64,000 nucleotides of DNA from positions 22,940,001-23,004,000 of the forward strand of contig OX597814.1 of NCBI GenBank assembly GCA_951406725.2, given 5' to 3'. A program made the translations under genes and the position numbers. Numbering within the stretch: position 1 is the stretch's first letter; every line of letters begins with the position of its first letter. The notes below the pieces were generated by a model. The model made no database searches and was not told the DNA's origin. It saw only the letters and a list, made by a program, of their open reading frames with translations. This document shows, in pieces, positions 36,611 through 47,384 of this stretch. This DNA is from Octopus vulgaris (lineage: Eukaryota).

Positions 36611-38594
36611 TAATATTGGGGAACATGGTTATTGTTGTCTGAGAGACAACTTTCCTTGTAATATTGGGGTGCTGATTTCAAAAATGAAATTCATTTTGCT
36701 CTATCCCGTCAGGATTTTCACAAACTCAAATGTCAATTTTTCAACGTTTCCGGTATTGTTACCATTTCTAAGGATATATTTGGCTTCATCAAATGCAGAT
36801 CCATGTAAGGAGCTTGACATAACTTTGAAAACATAGTTTTTCACTATCCTTTAAAGTAAAGGCAACTACAAAGTGAAAGTAAAAGTCAAGATTTAAGTAT
36901 CTTCAGTAAATAAAAAGCATTCAACTCGCGCAACTCACTGTTTTCAATCTAACCAGTTTTAAATGTTATGATGATTGTAGAAATGTCCTTTATGCAATTA
37001 GATGTTAATAAACATCACATTTTTATAGTCCTTGACATCATACATATCTCATATTTGTGGAATTAGTCGGCACATTTGCCTATGCTGTGCTTCATTTAGT
37101 GTAACTATCGTTGTAAAGCAGATGAGACATGTTTTGTTGAACCTTTAACTATTTCTTATAAAAATCGGTATTTTGAACGAGCCCTTAATGTTTTAATTAT
37201 GAGGTCACATGGGTCAAGATCAGATTTTGTGAAGTATGGTCAAAGAATTGTAGAAAGGACTTCATGGTGTCTATAATCTTTATGGAAGTTTGCCATTGCA
37301 AATCTGCATTCGCTTACTTTATAACGATTGACAATTCTGAAAATGCTTTTCTAATGTGACAACTGGCTTGAATATATGTTTTGTATTTCTGAAATGCGAC
37401 CAATTGTGAGAAAAGAAAATCCAAAAACAGGCCCGACATCTGTTATATTTGTGGATGTTACACTTTACCAAGGTAGCGAAACAAAACAACATATTTTGTG
37501 AAGAAAGCTTACCTTACTTTGGCATGAAACTGGGGGATCAAGGCAAAGCCTGGGCACCAAATATGGTGTGTAAAACATGTGTTGAAACACTGAAACAGTG
37601 ACTGTTTCATATACTTAAGCAGAAAGATTCCAGCTTTGTCTTGTAAGAAAATTAAGTTTGATATGTTTGACGGGCCACAGATTAGATGGCTATTGCAGGA
37701 TAGCCATTTTTGGATACCATCAAATTATGAAAAACTTGCACAGATCCTGTTAACATGTTTTCGAGTACTGGGATGTAACATGAGTTCAAAAGTGTATTTT
37801 CTGCTCAGTCATCTGGACAGCTAGCCTGAAAACTATAGAGCAATAAATAATGAGCAAGGAGAAAGATTCTACGAAGACATCGAGTTTATAGAGATTAGGT
37901 ATCAAGGCAGGGGGAACACCAATATGATGGCTTATTACTGCTGGTCTCTACAAAGAGACTGTCATGATGCTAGTTATTCACGCAAAGTAGCAAAGAGAAA
38001 GTTAACTTTTTGAGCAGCTGAAACTCCGGTTTGAATGATACATCTCTATCTCTTATTATAAAAGGCAGATTTTATCTGCCTCCCTTTGTCACTTATATAA
38101 ATCTACAATATAGGATTTCTTCAATTACAATTTACCTAGCATTTTTAAGAGTAGAATGCATCGGTCATGCCAGGTCCAGTTTTTAAAATTTAAACTCCAA
38201 TTAAGCAAAATTTACAGAAAACTCACATTCTGGTGTGTATGTCAAATGCTTTTCTTAATGTGGTTTACACCACACGCACACGCACACACACAGTGTGCAA
38301 CGAATAAAATGAAAGTAAATAGCGACAGAGTGATTTGAGGAAGACTAAACTGAAAGTATTTAAACCACTACTCAAAAAATAAAAAAACACAGCAAACAGA
38401 AACAAATAAATACATAACGATTTACTCCTCACACAATTTCTTCAATTAGAGTTTACCTAAGATTTTTCAAAGTACTCCATTCGCTCATGCCATAATATAT
38501 TTCTTTCAATTTCACCCCCAATTAAGACAAAATTCGAGAAAACTCAATATTTTAACATTTCACTCCGAAAGCATTGATGTACATGTGTGCGTGC

Positions 38595-38641
<47 letters not shown>

Positions 38642-40124
38642 ATGGGTTGTGCGACACAGAAAGTGTGGTGTGTAAGTGAAGTGCTTTTGTTAGTGTGTGT
38701 AAAGAGACAGACAGAGTGAAAGACAGAAATAACTGAACTTTTTTTATTCACTTTTTGTAGTGAGTGACTGAGAGAGAAAAGAGAGAGAGAGGTTATGTAT
38801 GTATATATGTATGTATGGCTTCAGTGACACACACATACACACACACACACAAAAACACATACCTACGTACACCTAAAGCACGCACACACACACACACACA
38901 CACACACAAGCGGAGCGCGAACTTCAAAATTTTGGTAGTATTAATTTGCGAGCGTACTTCTAAACGCGCGTAATTGAAAGTTTTCACTATGATATCATCA
39001 CGTGCGAAAAAATTCGAAGGGTTTTGAACAATTGAGATACAGATGTCACGCCTGTATTGAAACCATTGCTAAGCTGCCGTAATTGCTTAATTAAGACTTT
39101 GTTTAAATTGAAAGGGGCAAATATGTGACGAGGTTGAAAAAAAATACCCCAGAAAAAAAAATGTACTGCTGGTATTTATATAATTCACTACTATTTTGCT
39201 ACAATGTCACGAAAAAGAAAAAATTTAGGTATGTAAATCGAATTCGCCACCCCCTTTTCCCCGTTCGCGTTTGTGTAAAAAAAATTATTATTTAAGTTTT
39301 AAAAATTATTTACTTCGTTCAAAAAATATTAATATTAATTAATTTTCAAGAATTATTTAATTTTATTCTGTAAAATAGTAATTAATTCATTTATCTGTAA
39401 ATCCGCGAGGTTGTTACTCAGGCACCTAGAATGGTAACCTTCAACTAACACTATCTCCTCCGAGACCCTGCGGCGCAAGTTGACCAAAATTGAGAGTATG
39501 GTAGAAGAAGGGTTGCTCTTCCTTCCGTAGAACATAAAATTCAAATCGGACCATGTTAACACCAAAAATTATTTACATCAAAAAGATGCTTTTTTCTATG
39601 AAAATCCCTATTTTTTACGATTTTTTCACTGCTGTGTCGCCACTTTTCGGTGTATTTCGACCAGAAAAATGTTCACAAAATTTTTACTTTTCAAAATTAC
39701 AATTCCAGCGGGTCGAAACAAACCCGAGCAACGCCGGGCGATACTGCTAGTCTCTTATTATAAAAGGCAGATTTTATCTGCCTCCCTTTGGGAGTTATAG
39801 AAATCTACAATATAGGATTTCTTCAATTACAATTTACCTAGCATTTTTAAGAGTACAATGCATCGCGTCATGCCAGGTCCAGTTTTTAAAATTTAAACTC
39901 CAATTAAGCACAATTTACAGAAAACTCACATTCTGGTGTGTGTGTCAAATGCTTTTCTTAGTCTGGTTTACACCACACGCAAACGCACACAAACAGTGGG
40001 CAACGAATAAAATGAAAGTAATTCACTTACTGTAGTGAGTGATTCTTTCACTCTGCCTCCCACTTCCTCTTTCCACACATAGACACGCAAATATATAAAT
40101 AAAATTGTAAGCTAATGTGCGTGT

Positions 40125-40176
<52 letters not shown>

Positions 40177-40270
40177 GTGCATGTGTGTGTGTGTGTGTGT
40201 GCGTGTGCGTGAGTGTGTGACAGGAAAGTTTTTTACGACGAATATAACACCTATATCCAAGTAGCAGAAA

Positions 40271-40535
40271 GATAAGACGGTAAGGTGTGATTTGAGGGAG
40301 ATTTGGCTGCTATTTCTACCATGTCTAGCTGCCATGTAGGGGTCTCCCTCATAGGCTCATACATACATATATACATATATTAAGACAGTAAGGTGTGATT
40401 TGGGGGAAATTTGGCTGCTATTTCTACCAGGTCTAGCTACCATGTAGAGGTCCCCCTCATTGGCTCATATATATACATACATAAGACAGTAAGGTGTGAT
40501 TTGAGGGAGATTTGGCTGCTGTTTCTACCAGGTCT
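40271..40535. repeat. About 110-bp minisatellite, about 2.5 copies
   Basis: TAAGAC.GTAAGGTGTGATTTG.GGGA.ATTTGGCTGCT.TTTCTACCA recurs near 40272, 40381 and 40482. Confidence 0.9.
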
Positions 40536-40904
40536 GTTAGGCCTTCTCATGTAAACTCAAGCTTTCTCATGCCTTGAACATAAGACCAAAGCAGAGAATG
40601 TATTCTTTTATTCTTCTGCTTTTTCCAGCCATTGGTCTGTGGCCATGCTGGGGCAATGCCTTGAAGAATTGTAGTTTAATGAATCAACTCCAGTTTTATT
40701 TTTGTAAGCATTGTACTTATTCTATCTGTTTCCTTTGTCAAACCACTAGGTGACAGGGATGTAAACAAACCAACATTCGTTGTCAAGCAGTGGTGGAGGA
40801 CAATCACAAGCACAGACACGCACACACACACACACATACATGCATACACATATACACACATACATACATACATACATATATATATATATGTGTGTCTATA
40901 TATA

Positions 40905-41163
40905 TTGCAGCGTGGAAGGTGTTTGTAAGCCATTTAAGAAACACACAAAAACCGTTACATTCACTTCAACATTTAAATTTAATTTGCCAAAATATTTTCG
41001 TCGCTTTCAGACCGCGACCTGTTCACTGACAAAAATATCGTGCTAACAGGTCGCGGTCTCAAAGCGACGAAAATATTTTGACAAATTAAATTTAAATGTT
41101 GAAGTGAATCTAACGGTTTTTGTGTGTTTCTTAAATGGCTTATAAACACCTTCAACGCTGCAA
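40905..41163. repeat. 119-bp inverted repeat with 21-bp spacer
   Basis: Arms 40905-41023 and 41045-41163, with 5 mismatches by eye. Confidence 0.95.
40983..41033 (-). ncRNA. Minimal type I hammerhead, G3:C8 core variant
   Basis: Minus strand reads UUUGUCA-GUGAACA-G-GUCGC-GGUCUGAAA-GCGAC-GAAA-AUAU-UU-UGGCAAA: 7-bp stem I, 5-bp stem II, palindromic stem III AAUAUU, UUU triplet. Confidence 0.7.
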
Positions 41164-42319
41164 CTGTTTTCGTTCCAGCACACGATCTCAGATCAAGTCA
41201 CTTGCTATGCAAGTACATCTCTGTAACTATATATATATTTATATATATATATATGTATATTGGTAAAAACAGTAAGATAACAAAAGAAAGAAAGAGACCT
41301 CAATATTATGTAAATAGAGGAAATCTTTATATATAAAAGTGAGGTTGTGTGTCTGTCTCCTACGATTTAGATTCCTAACTACTCCCACATTTTGCGGTGC
41401 AGTTTAACCAAAACCGGGTATCTTATAGTCGTGATTCATATCGAGACCGTCTGGGTATTAGCGCGCGTCTACGATGAGTCTACGATTTAAAAAAAAATTT
41501 ACCATCAATTTTTCCCATTTTTAATCCATTTTTGTCATATATGAGGGAAGTAACTCTCTAAAAATGAATTATTAAATCTCAGAACGTAAAAAGCTACAGT
41601 AACACCCCTCCCCCTTTGTGGTTAGCCATATTGAGATGGCTATTATATTTTACATCTCTAAAAATGCTTATATAATTATTTCCCTTACAAACCCGAGCAA
41701 CGCCGGGCGATACTGCTAGTATATTATAAACGGCAAAATGTCTGTGTGTTTGTGTATCCTTTATACAAATCCACAATTTTTCAGTTAGAGGACTCACACT
41801 TTCTATGGTCATTCAAGACCGTCCAAGGGTGGTCGTGCACATCTTTACATTTTCCCAGTCACCCCGCAAAGTCATTAAAAAATCAATAGAAGTGACTTTT
41901 TGTGAATTTTCTATCCAAAACCCAATCAAAATGCCCGAAACTTGATGCGCCAATTGAATGCCAGCTATCTGTATGTGATTGGTCGGAGATTTTGGCAGTA
42001 CGCGCGTGTATGTGCGCACGTACGCAGCTGTATATGCATGCACTTGCACTATGACCCGGCGTTGCCGGGTCATAGTGCTAGTCTACTCTAAGATGTGTAA
42101 TTAAACATTTGTGTAATATATTTCTAAAACAATAAAGGGTAGTATTTGGTTTGTGTTAGTTTTTAATTCCATTATTGCATTTAATGGCAAATCTGATAAC
42201 TTTTGCTAACAAATTGAATTCCTGTTTAACGAAATCTTGACGTAAAAGAAAATTTCTGAGGGCATTTCTGAACCCAGTACCATCAAATTAGGTAGGACAA
42301 ATTGTAAAAAGCAAGACAA

Positions 42320-42577
42320 CTCTTTTTTATTCTTTTATTTGTTTCAGTCATTTGACTGCGGCCATGCTGGAGCACCGCCTTTAGTCGAGCAAATCGACCC
42401 CAGAACTTATTCTTTTGTAAGCCTTGTACTTAATCTATCGGTCTCTCTTGCCGAACTGCTAAGTGACGGGAACGTAAGCACACTAGCATCGGTTGTCAAG
42501 CAATGTTGGGAGGTCAAACACAAAAACACACAACACACACACACACACACACACACCACACACACGCACACACACAG

Positions 42578-42608
<31 letters not shown>

Positions 42609-42764
42609 ACGGGCTTCTTTCAGTTTTCGTCTACCAAATCCACTCACAAGGCTTTAGTCGACCCGAGGCTATAGTAGAAGACACTTGCCCAAGTTGCCAC
42701 GCAGTGGGACTGAATCTGGAACCATGTGGTTAGTAAGCAAGCTACTTACCACACAACCACTCCT
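42320..42764 (-). mobile_element. SINE family B
   Basis: Near-colinear with 20660-21077. A further partial copy lies at about 40600-40820. Confidence 0.88.
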
Positions 42765-42879
42765 GAAAATATTCCGTGGTGTTTTCAATAAAATAATAAA
42801 AGCAGCTGACTTACGGACAAGCAATATAACTGTGCTTATTCAGAGAGTAATCTGTAAAAAAAAAAAACGTCGCCTTACA

Positions 42880-43286
42880 AGCACTTGTGCCCGTGATAGT
42901 AGGGTGCCAAGAGCACCATCTGAGCGTGATTGTTGCCAGAGCGGCTATCTGGTTTCCGTGTCCGTGGCACGTAAAAAGCACCATTCGAGCGTGATCGTTA
43001 CCAGCGTCGCCTTACTGGCACCTGTGCCAGTGGCATGTGTAAAAAGATTCGAGCGAGGTCGTTGCCGGTACCGCCTGGCTGGCCCCGTGCGCTGGTGGCA
43101 CGTAAAAAGCACCCACTTCACTCTCGGAGTGGTTGGCGTTAGGAAGGGCATCCAGCTGTAGAAACTCTGCCAGATCAAGGTTGAAACCTGGTGCAGCCAT
43201 TTGGTTCGCCAGCCCTCAATCAAAATCGTCCAACCCATGCTAGCATGGAAAGGGGACGTTAAAATGATGATGATGATGATGATGAT
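42880..43286 (+). mobile_element. RTE-related SINE/LINE-UTR fragment with (TGA)n tail
   Basis: GTTGGCGTTAGGAAGGGCATCCAGCTGTAGAAAC motif, repeated GGCACGTAAAAAGCACC, and an end in GGACGTTAAA(ATG)n. Confidence 0.6.
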
Positions 43287-43513
43287 TGAAGAAAACTGAC
43301 TGTAGTTTCGAAATCAGAATGCCAATTTTAGTCTAAACCAAATGAAAAAACAAACTCAATAGAAATTATGTTCAAAGTTGTTCCTTTGTGTAACCTTTCG
43401 TTAAACGAACAGTTAAACATTTGAAGACGCAGATAAAATTGAGGAAAATTCTAATAAACAGATATGGGAGTTCTCCATCAATGAATACGGAAATATATTT
43501 AGAAATGGGAAAG

Positions 43514-43637
43514 GAGGCGAGCTGGCAGACACGTTAGCACGCCGAGCGAAATGCGTAGCCGTATTTCGTCTGGCGTTACGTTTCGAGTTCAAATTCCGCC
43601 GAGGTCGACTTTGCCTTTCATCCTTTCGGGGGTCGAC
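43514..43637 (+). mobile_element. SINE family A, 3'-truncated
   Basis: Head and central motif only. Confidence 0.85.
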
Positions 43638-43842
43638 TCGTCTCAGGTAAGTATCTATTAGTATTGTGCACTAACATAAATGTTTTCAGACCACTAACAA
43701 AAGACAATGTCATTTGCATGACTGACAGGCGCTTGCTCTTTCAGCTGGTAAGGATTCATTAAAAGATTGCTTCACTTATAATATTGACTGGCTTATAAGA
43801 TCAGCATTTAAAAAAAAATCTATTATATATTAAACATATTAA

Positions 43843-44073
43843 AAGGCGGCGAGCTGGCAGAAACGTTAGCACGCCGGGCGAAATGCGTAGCCATATTTCG
43901 TCTGTCGTTACGTTCCGAGTTCAAATTCCGCCGAGGTCGACTTTGCCTTTCATCCTTTCGAGGTCGATAAATTAACTACCAGTTACGCACTGGGGTCGAT
44001 GTAATCGACTTAATCCGTTTGTTTGTCCTTGTTTGTCCCCTCTGTGTTTAGCCCTTTCTGGGTAGTAAAGAAA
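43843..44073 (+). mobile_element. SINE family A with TSD
   Basis: Full unit; TATATATTAAACATAT is duplicated on both sides. Confidence 0.92.
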
Positions 44074-44553
44074 TATATATTAAACATATAAAGGAATTAA
44101 CAATATCTATAGTAACTGCTTACTTTGCATCAAATTTTTAGTATTTTGCATGTTTAATGTGATTCACTTCAAAATGCTTGGACGCCTTAAAAAACTTTTT
44201 CTCCATAAATTTTTTCCCCTTTTTTCCAACTTTCTACATAAATATGATATTTTTTCTGATCATATTTAAGACAGTCTTTATGTTTTAATTACGACTCGTA
44301 ACGGAGTATTTTCTAAAGACTTAGTTCTCGGGAGAGTTGTAGAGACTTTGGAATTCTTTTTTCTTCCATAGAGATCACATGACCTGCCTACCTCAATCTG
44401 ATACACTGTAAGAGAGCTTTCATGCACACAATATAGCCTAACTCCAAAGACTTGACATCATTCACTAATCTGTCTAAATGATCCAACTATCAAATACGTT
44501 CTGAACATATTGTACATGCTTCACGACCATTCAACAAAATAGAAAAATGCGTG

Positions 44554-45570
44554 TGTAACGGCATAGATTGTAACGATTAAGTTTTTGGTTCAAGTCGAGG
44601 GTCACCAGTGTAACGGAAATAGTTGTAGCGGGAGAAATTGGTTGGTAAATAATATTTCTTTCTTTACTACCCACAAGGGGCTAAACACAGAGAGGACAAA
44701 TGGATTAAGTCGATTATATCGACCCCAGTGCATAACTGGTACTTAATTTATCGACCCCGAAAGTATGAAAGGCAAAGCCGACCTCGGCGGAATTTGAACT
44801 CAGAACGTAACGGCAGACGAAATACGGCCGTTACGTTGGTAAATAATATTATTGATGATGTTGATAGTCAGCAGTTGTGACGATAGGAGTTTGTTGTTAA
44901 AACGACAAGTTGTAAAATGTGTAAGATGAACAATGCATGAAGTTTTAAGGAAATGTTTATTTGCCGTTACGTTACAATACTTTGCCTCGACGGGCAGGTT
45001 GATAAATCCAAAAGCATACGAAAGTTAGATGCGGTAGAATGTTTGAGTTTGGGTTCTCTTCATTGTTTAGTAGTAATTGGGGAGACCGATAGAATGATGT
45101 TGTAAGAGAACAGAGTTCGAGCTAGTGAGAGTGAGAGAGTGTGGGACGTTGTCTGAAGTTGCTGGTAGGAAATTTTCTTTCTCTCTCTGACCATTAAATG
45201 CTAGCAGTCCTTTCTTTACTAATTCAGTCATCGCGAAATACCTTGTTCAGTTGCCGACAAGTTACTGACTGATTTTTGCTTGGGGTGTGTTTGCTTATAT
45301 AAAGATCAAGAAGGATAGATATATCGTTGAGAACACTAGATTTAGTTGGTGGACTTGTTATCTATTCTAGCCTTTGGTGAAGTAGAAGAGGTTAGAAAGA
45401 GTCAAGTGGTGAAGACATTGTTTCGGCCTAGCTAAGAGGCATCTGGAAGATGTAAAAACTGCTGTCAGAGAAAAACCATCGGTCCGCCGTGGGAAACGTT
45501 CTGTAGAAGTGTTGATTTAAATTTGGCTATGGTGGATCGAATCCGCTTCATGCATGCAAGATTCGTTACA
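44554..45570. mobile_element. Solo LTR (Gypsy-like)
   Basis: TGTAACG...CGTTACA termini with 4-bp TSD CGTG (44550-44553 and 45571-45574). Contains a 5'-truncated SINE A (about 44655-44835, TSD GTTGGTAAATAATATT). Confidence 0.8.
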
Positions 45571-46379
45571 CGTGTTTCAGGACAGACAACTAACATTACA
45601 TGGACAAAACTAAAATCGAAACAATTGGGAACAGATTAAAAAGCAAATGTTTCTGTCATCAGACAAAATTGATATCACTCCCTACTGACGTTCTATAAAT
45701 AAAAGATAAACGAACTCGTTTCGAGCCACGGAATTATTCTCAAATATCTCCTGATAAACTTAAAGCAGACCTCCCTTGATTGATGAATAACAATTTGACG
45801 ATAGAGGAGTGCAATTTAACTAAATCGGTCGGATACGTACTGTGATAAACTTAATATTAGTTGCATAGACATTTTATGACAATTGCTTCCATATCATTTG
45901 TTTTTCTTAAATATTTATAAGATGTAAGACGTATCAGTAATAAAAGATCAGACATCCTTTCGGTAAACCACTTTTCCTATCTTTGAATATAATCTAATTT
46001 TGGTGAATACTGTAATATCTCTCTCCAGAAAACTTCTTGTTAGTGACCCATATCAATATGACAACAGATAGGGCAGATAATTTTGTTTTGACCTACAGTG
46101 CACTGCAATCTGATATAATTAGCCATTATCATACACTGTAGGGCCTATCCTGCGAAGTTTTATTGTTCTATATATCATGGATAAAAAGAAAAGAAAAACC
46201 ATTGCAAAAAAAACCCAAGCAAACAAAAAACAAGGAAGGGACAGGCAATATATCGACAAAAAACTTTAAGCAGAAATAATAAAGCAAAACGAAAAATTAC
46301 GAACAGGCTTTGTAATGCTATTGCAGAATGTAAATAAAGTTAATGGGTTTTGCAATTGAACAAGAATTCGAATAACCCA

Positions 46380-46680
46380 TTTAATGATCTCATGAATGAA
46401 GGCGACATTGTTATATTGTGGAAAACATGTCATTGTGCTAAGCATTACACTGAGACCTTCTGACACCAATCGGCTATTCACTCTTTCCCGATTACAGATT
46501 CCAGTTCAAGTGGTTTTCACAATAACAGTCAATAAATCTCATTGTCAGTCATTGAGTAAACTGTTCTATTTGTGCATGGATAATTGTATCAAACTCTGTC
46601 TAGAATTATTGTGGTTGCTGCAGGTATAGTGACAATATCGAAAAAAAACCACTAACATCGTACACACGGAAGTTTCGAGT
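46380..46680 (+). mobile_element. Old Helitron helicase C-terminal fragment
   Basis: PSDTNRLFTLSRLQIPVQVVFTITVNKSHCQSLSK corresponds to the RLQFP..FAMTINKSQGQSL motif. Confidence 0.7.
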
Positions 46681-46844
46681 ATTAAAGCTTGCTTCTCATC
46701 TTTTAAATCCTCTGGATATTCAGTCACATTTAGATATACGTACTTATATTTTAGCATTTATTCCCTTTTATTTTCAATCATCATTCGTCATCACCACCAC
46801 CAACGACGAAACTGCTTCCTAGCAGAGCTATAGTGGGTACCTTT

Positions 46845-47044
46845 CTGAGATTTGAAACCGAATCTACCCGCTTATTGCTTATCAAAACAAGCGGAAAATC
46901 CTCTCCACGCCACTTGATTGATGAAGAATCACTTGACCGCCAAGGACCAGTGCTAGTCAAGTGTTTCCCATCAATCATCTGGTGTGGAAAGGATTTTGCA
47001 CTTGTTTTGACAAACAAGCGGATAGATTTGGTTTCAAATCTCAG
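46845..47044. repeat. Imperfect palindrome, about 90-bp arms
   Basis: CTGAGATTTGAAACC..CACTTGAC (46845-46937) pairs with GTCAAGTG..GGTTTCAAATCTCAG (46956-47044). Confidence 0.88.
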
Positions 47045-47384
47045 GCAGGGAGAAGCTAGGTCTTTACACCTTCATTTGTATGGTTTTATGTCTGTGGGAT
47101 GAATGGAATTACTAGTAAGATATAACATTTCTATTTGCAACATCATGCCTAGTAGATTGTAATCAATGGGAGATGCAGTCGTTTCAATTTCAGGCTGGTT
47201 ATTTGAAATTCTAGTTTAAAAATCAGAAAACCATACAAGCATTCGCCATGTATTAGATATATTAATTTGTCTTGTACAAAAAACAGACGTGTATGCTGGC
47301 ATCCGCTTACAGGCACTGATACATATACGTACGCTGTGTGACAACGTCTGTGTAGGTATTTTACGCGTGGATGTGAGAGTGTAT

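Larger units (their letters stand above)
38049..42081 (+). mobile_element. Composite/tandem non-autonomous Helitron array
   Basis: Starts A|TCTCTTATTATAAAAGGCAG at 38049, and the same start recurs at 39751 directly after CTAG. Hairpin-plus-CTAG ends at 39750, 41719 and 42081 (TGACCCGGCGTTGCCGGGTCA..CTAG|T). Confidence 0.85.
36614..43390 (+). mobile_element. Chapaev3-like (CMC) DNA transposon, deleted and interrupted
   Basis: Peptide remnants at 37420-38010: KNRPDICYICG, KLGDQGKAWAPNMVCKTC, LGCNMSSKVYFLLSHLD, EQGERFYEDI..RYQGR..MMAYYCWSL. Weak TIR similarity (GGAACA and ATTGG...CTGATTTC.AAA), right end GTG, TAA on both sides. The family name is from recall of the motifs. Confidence 0.6.
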
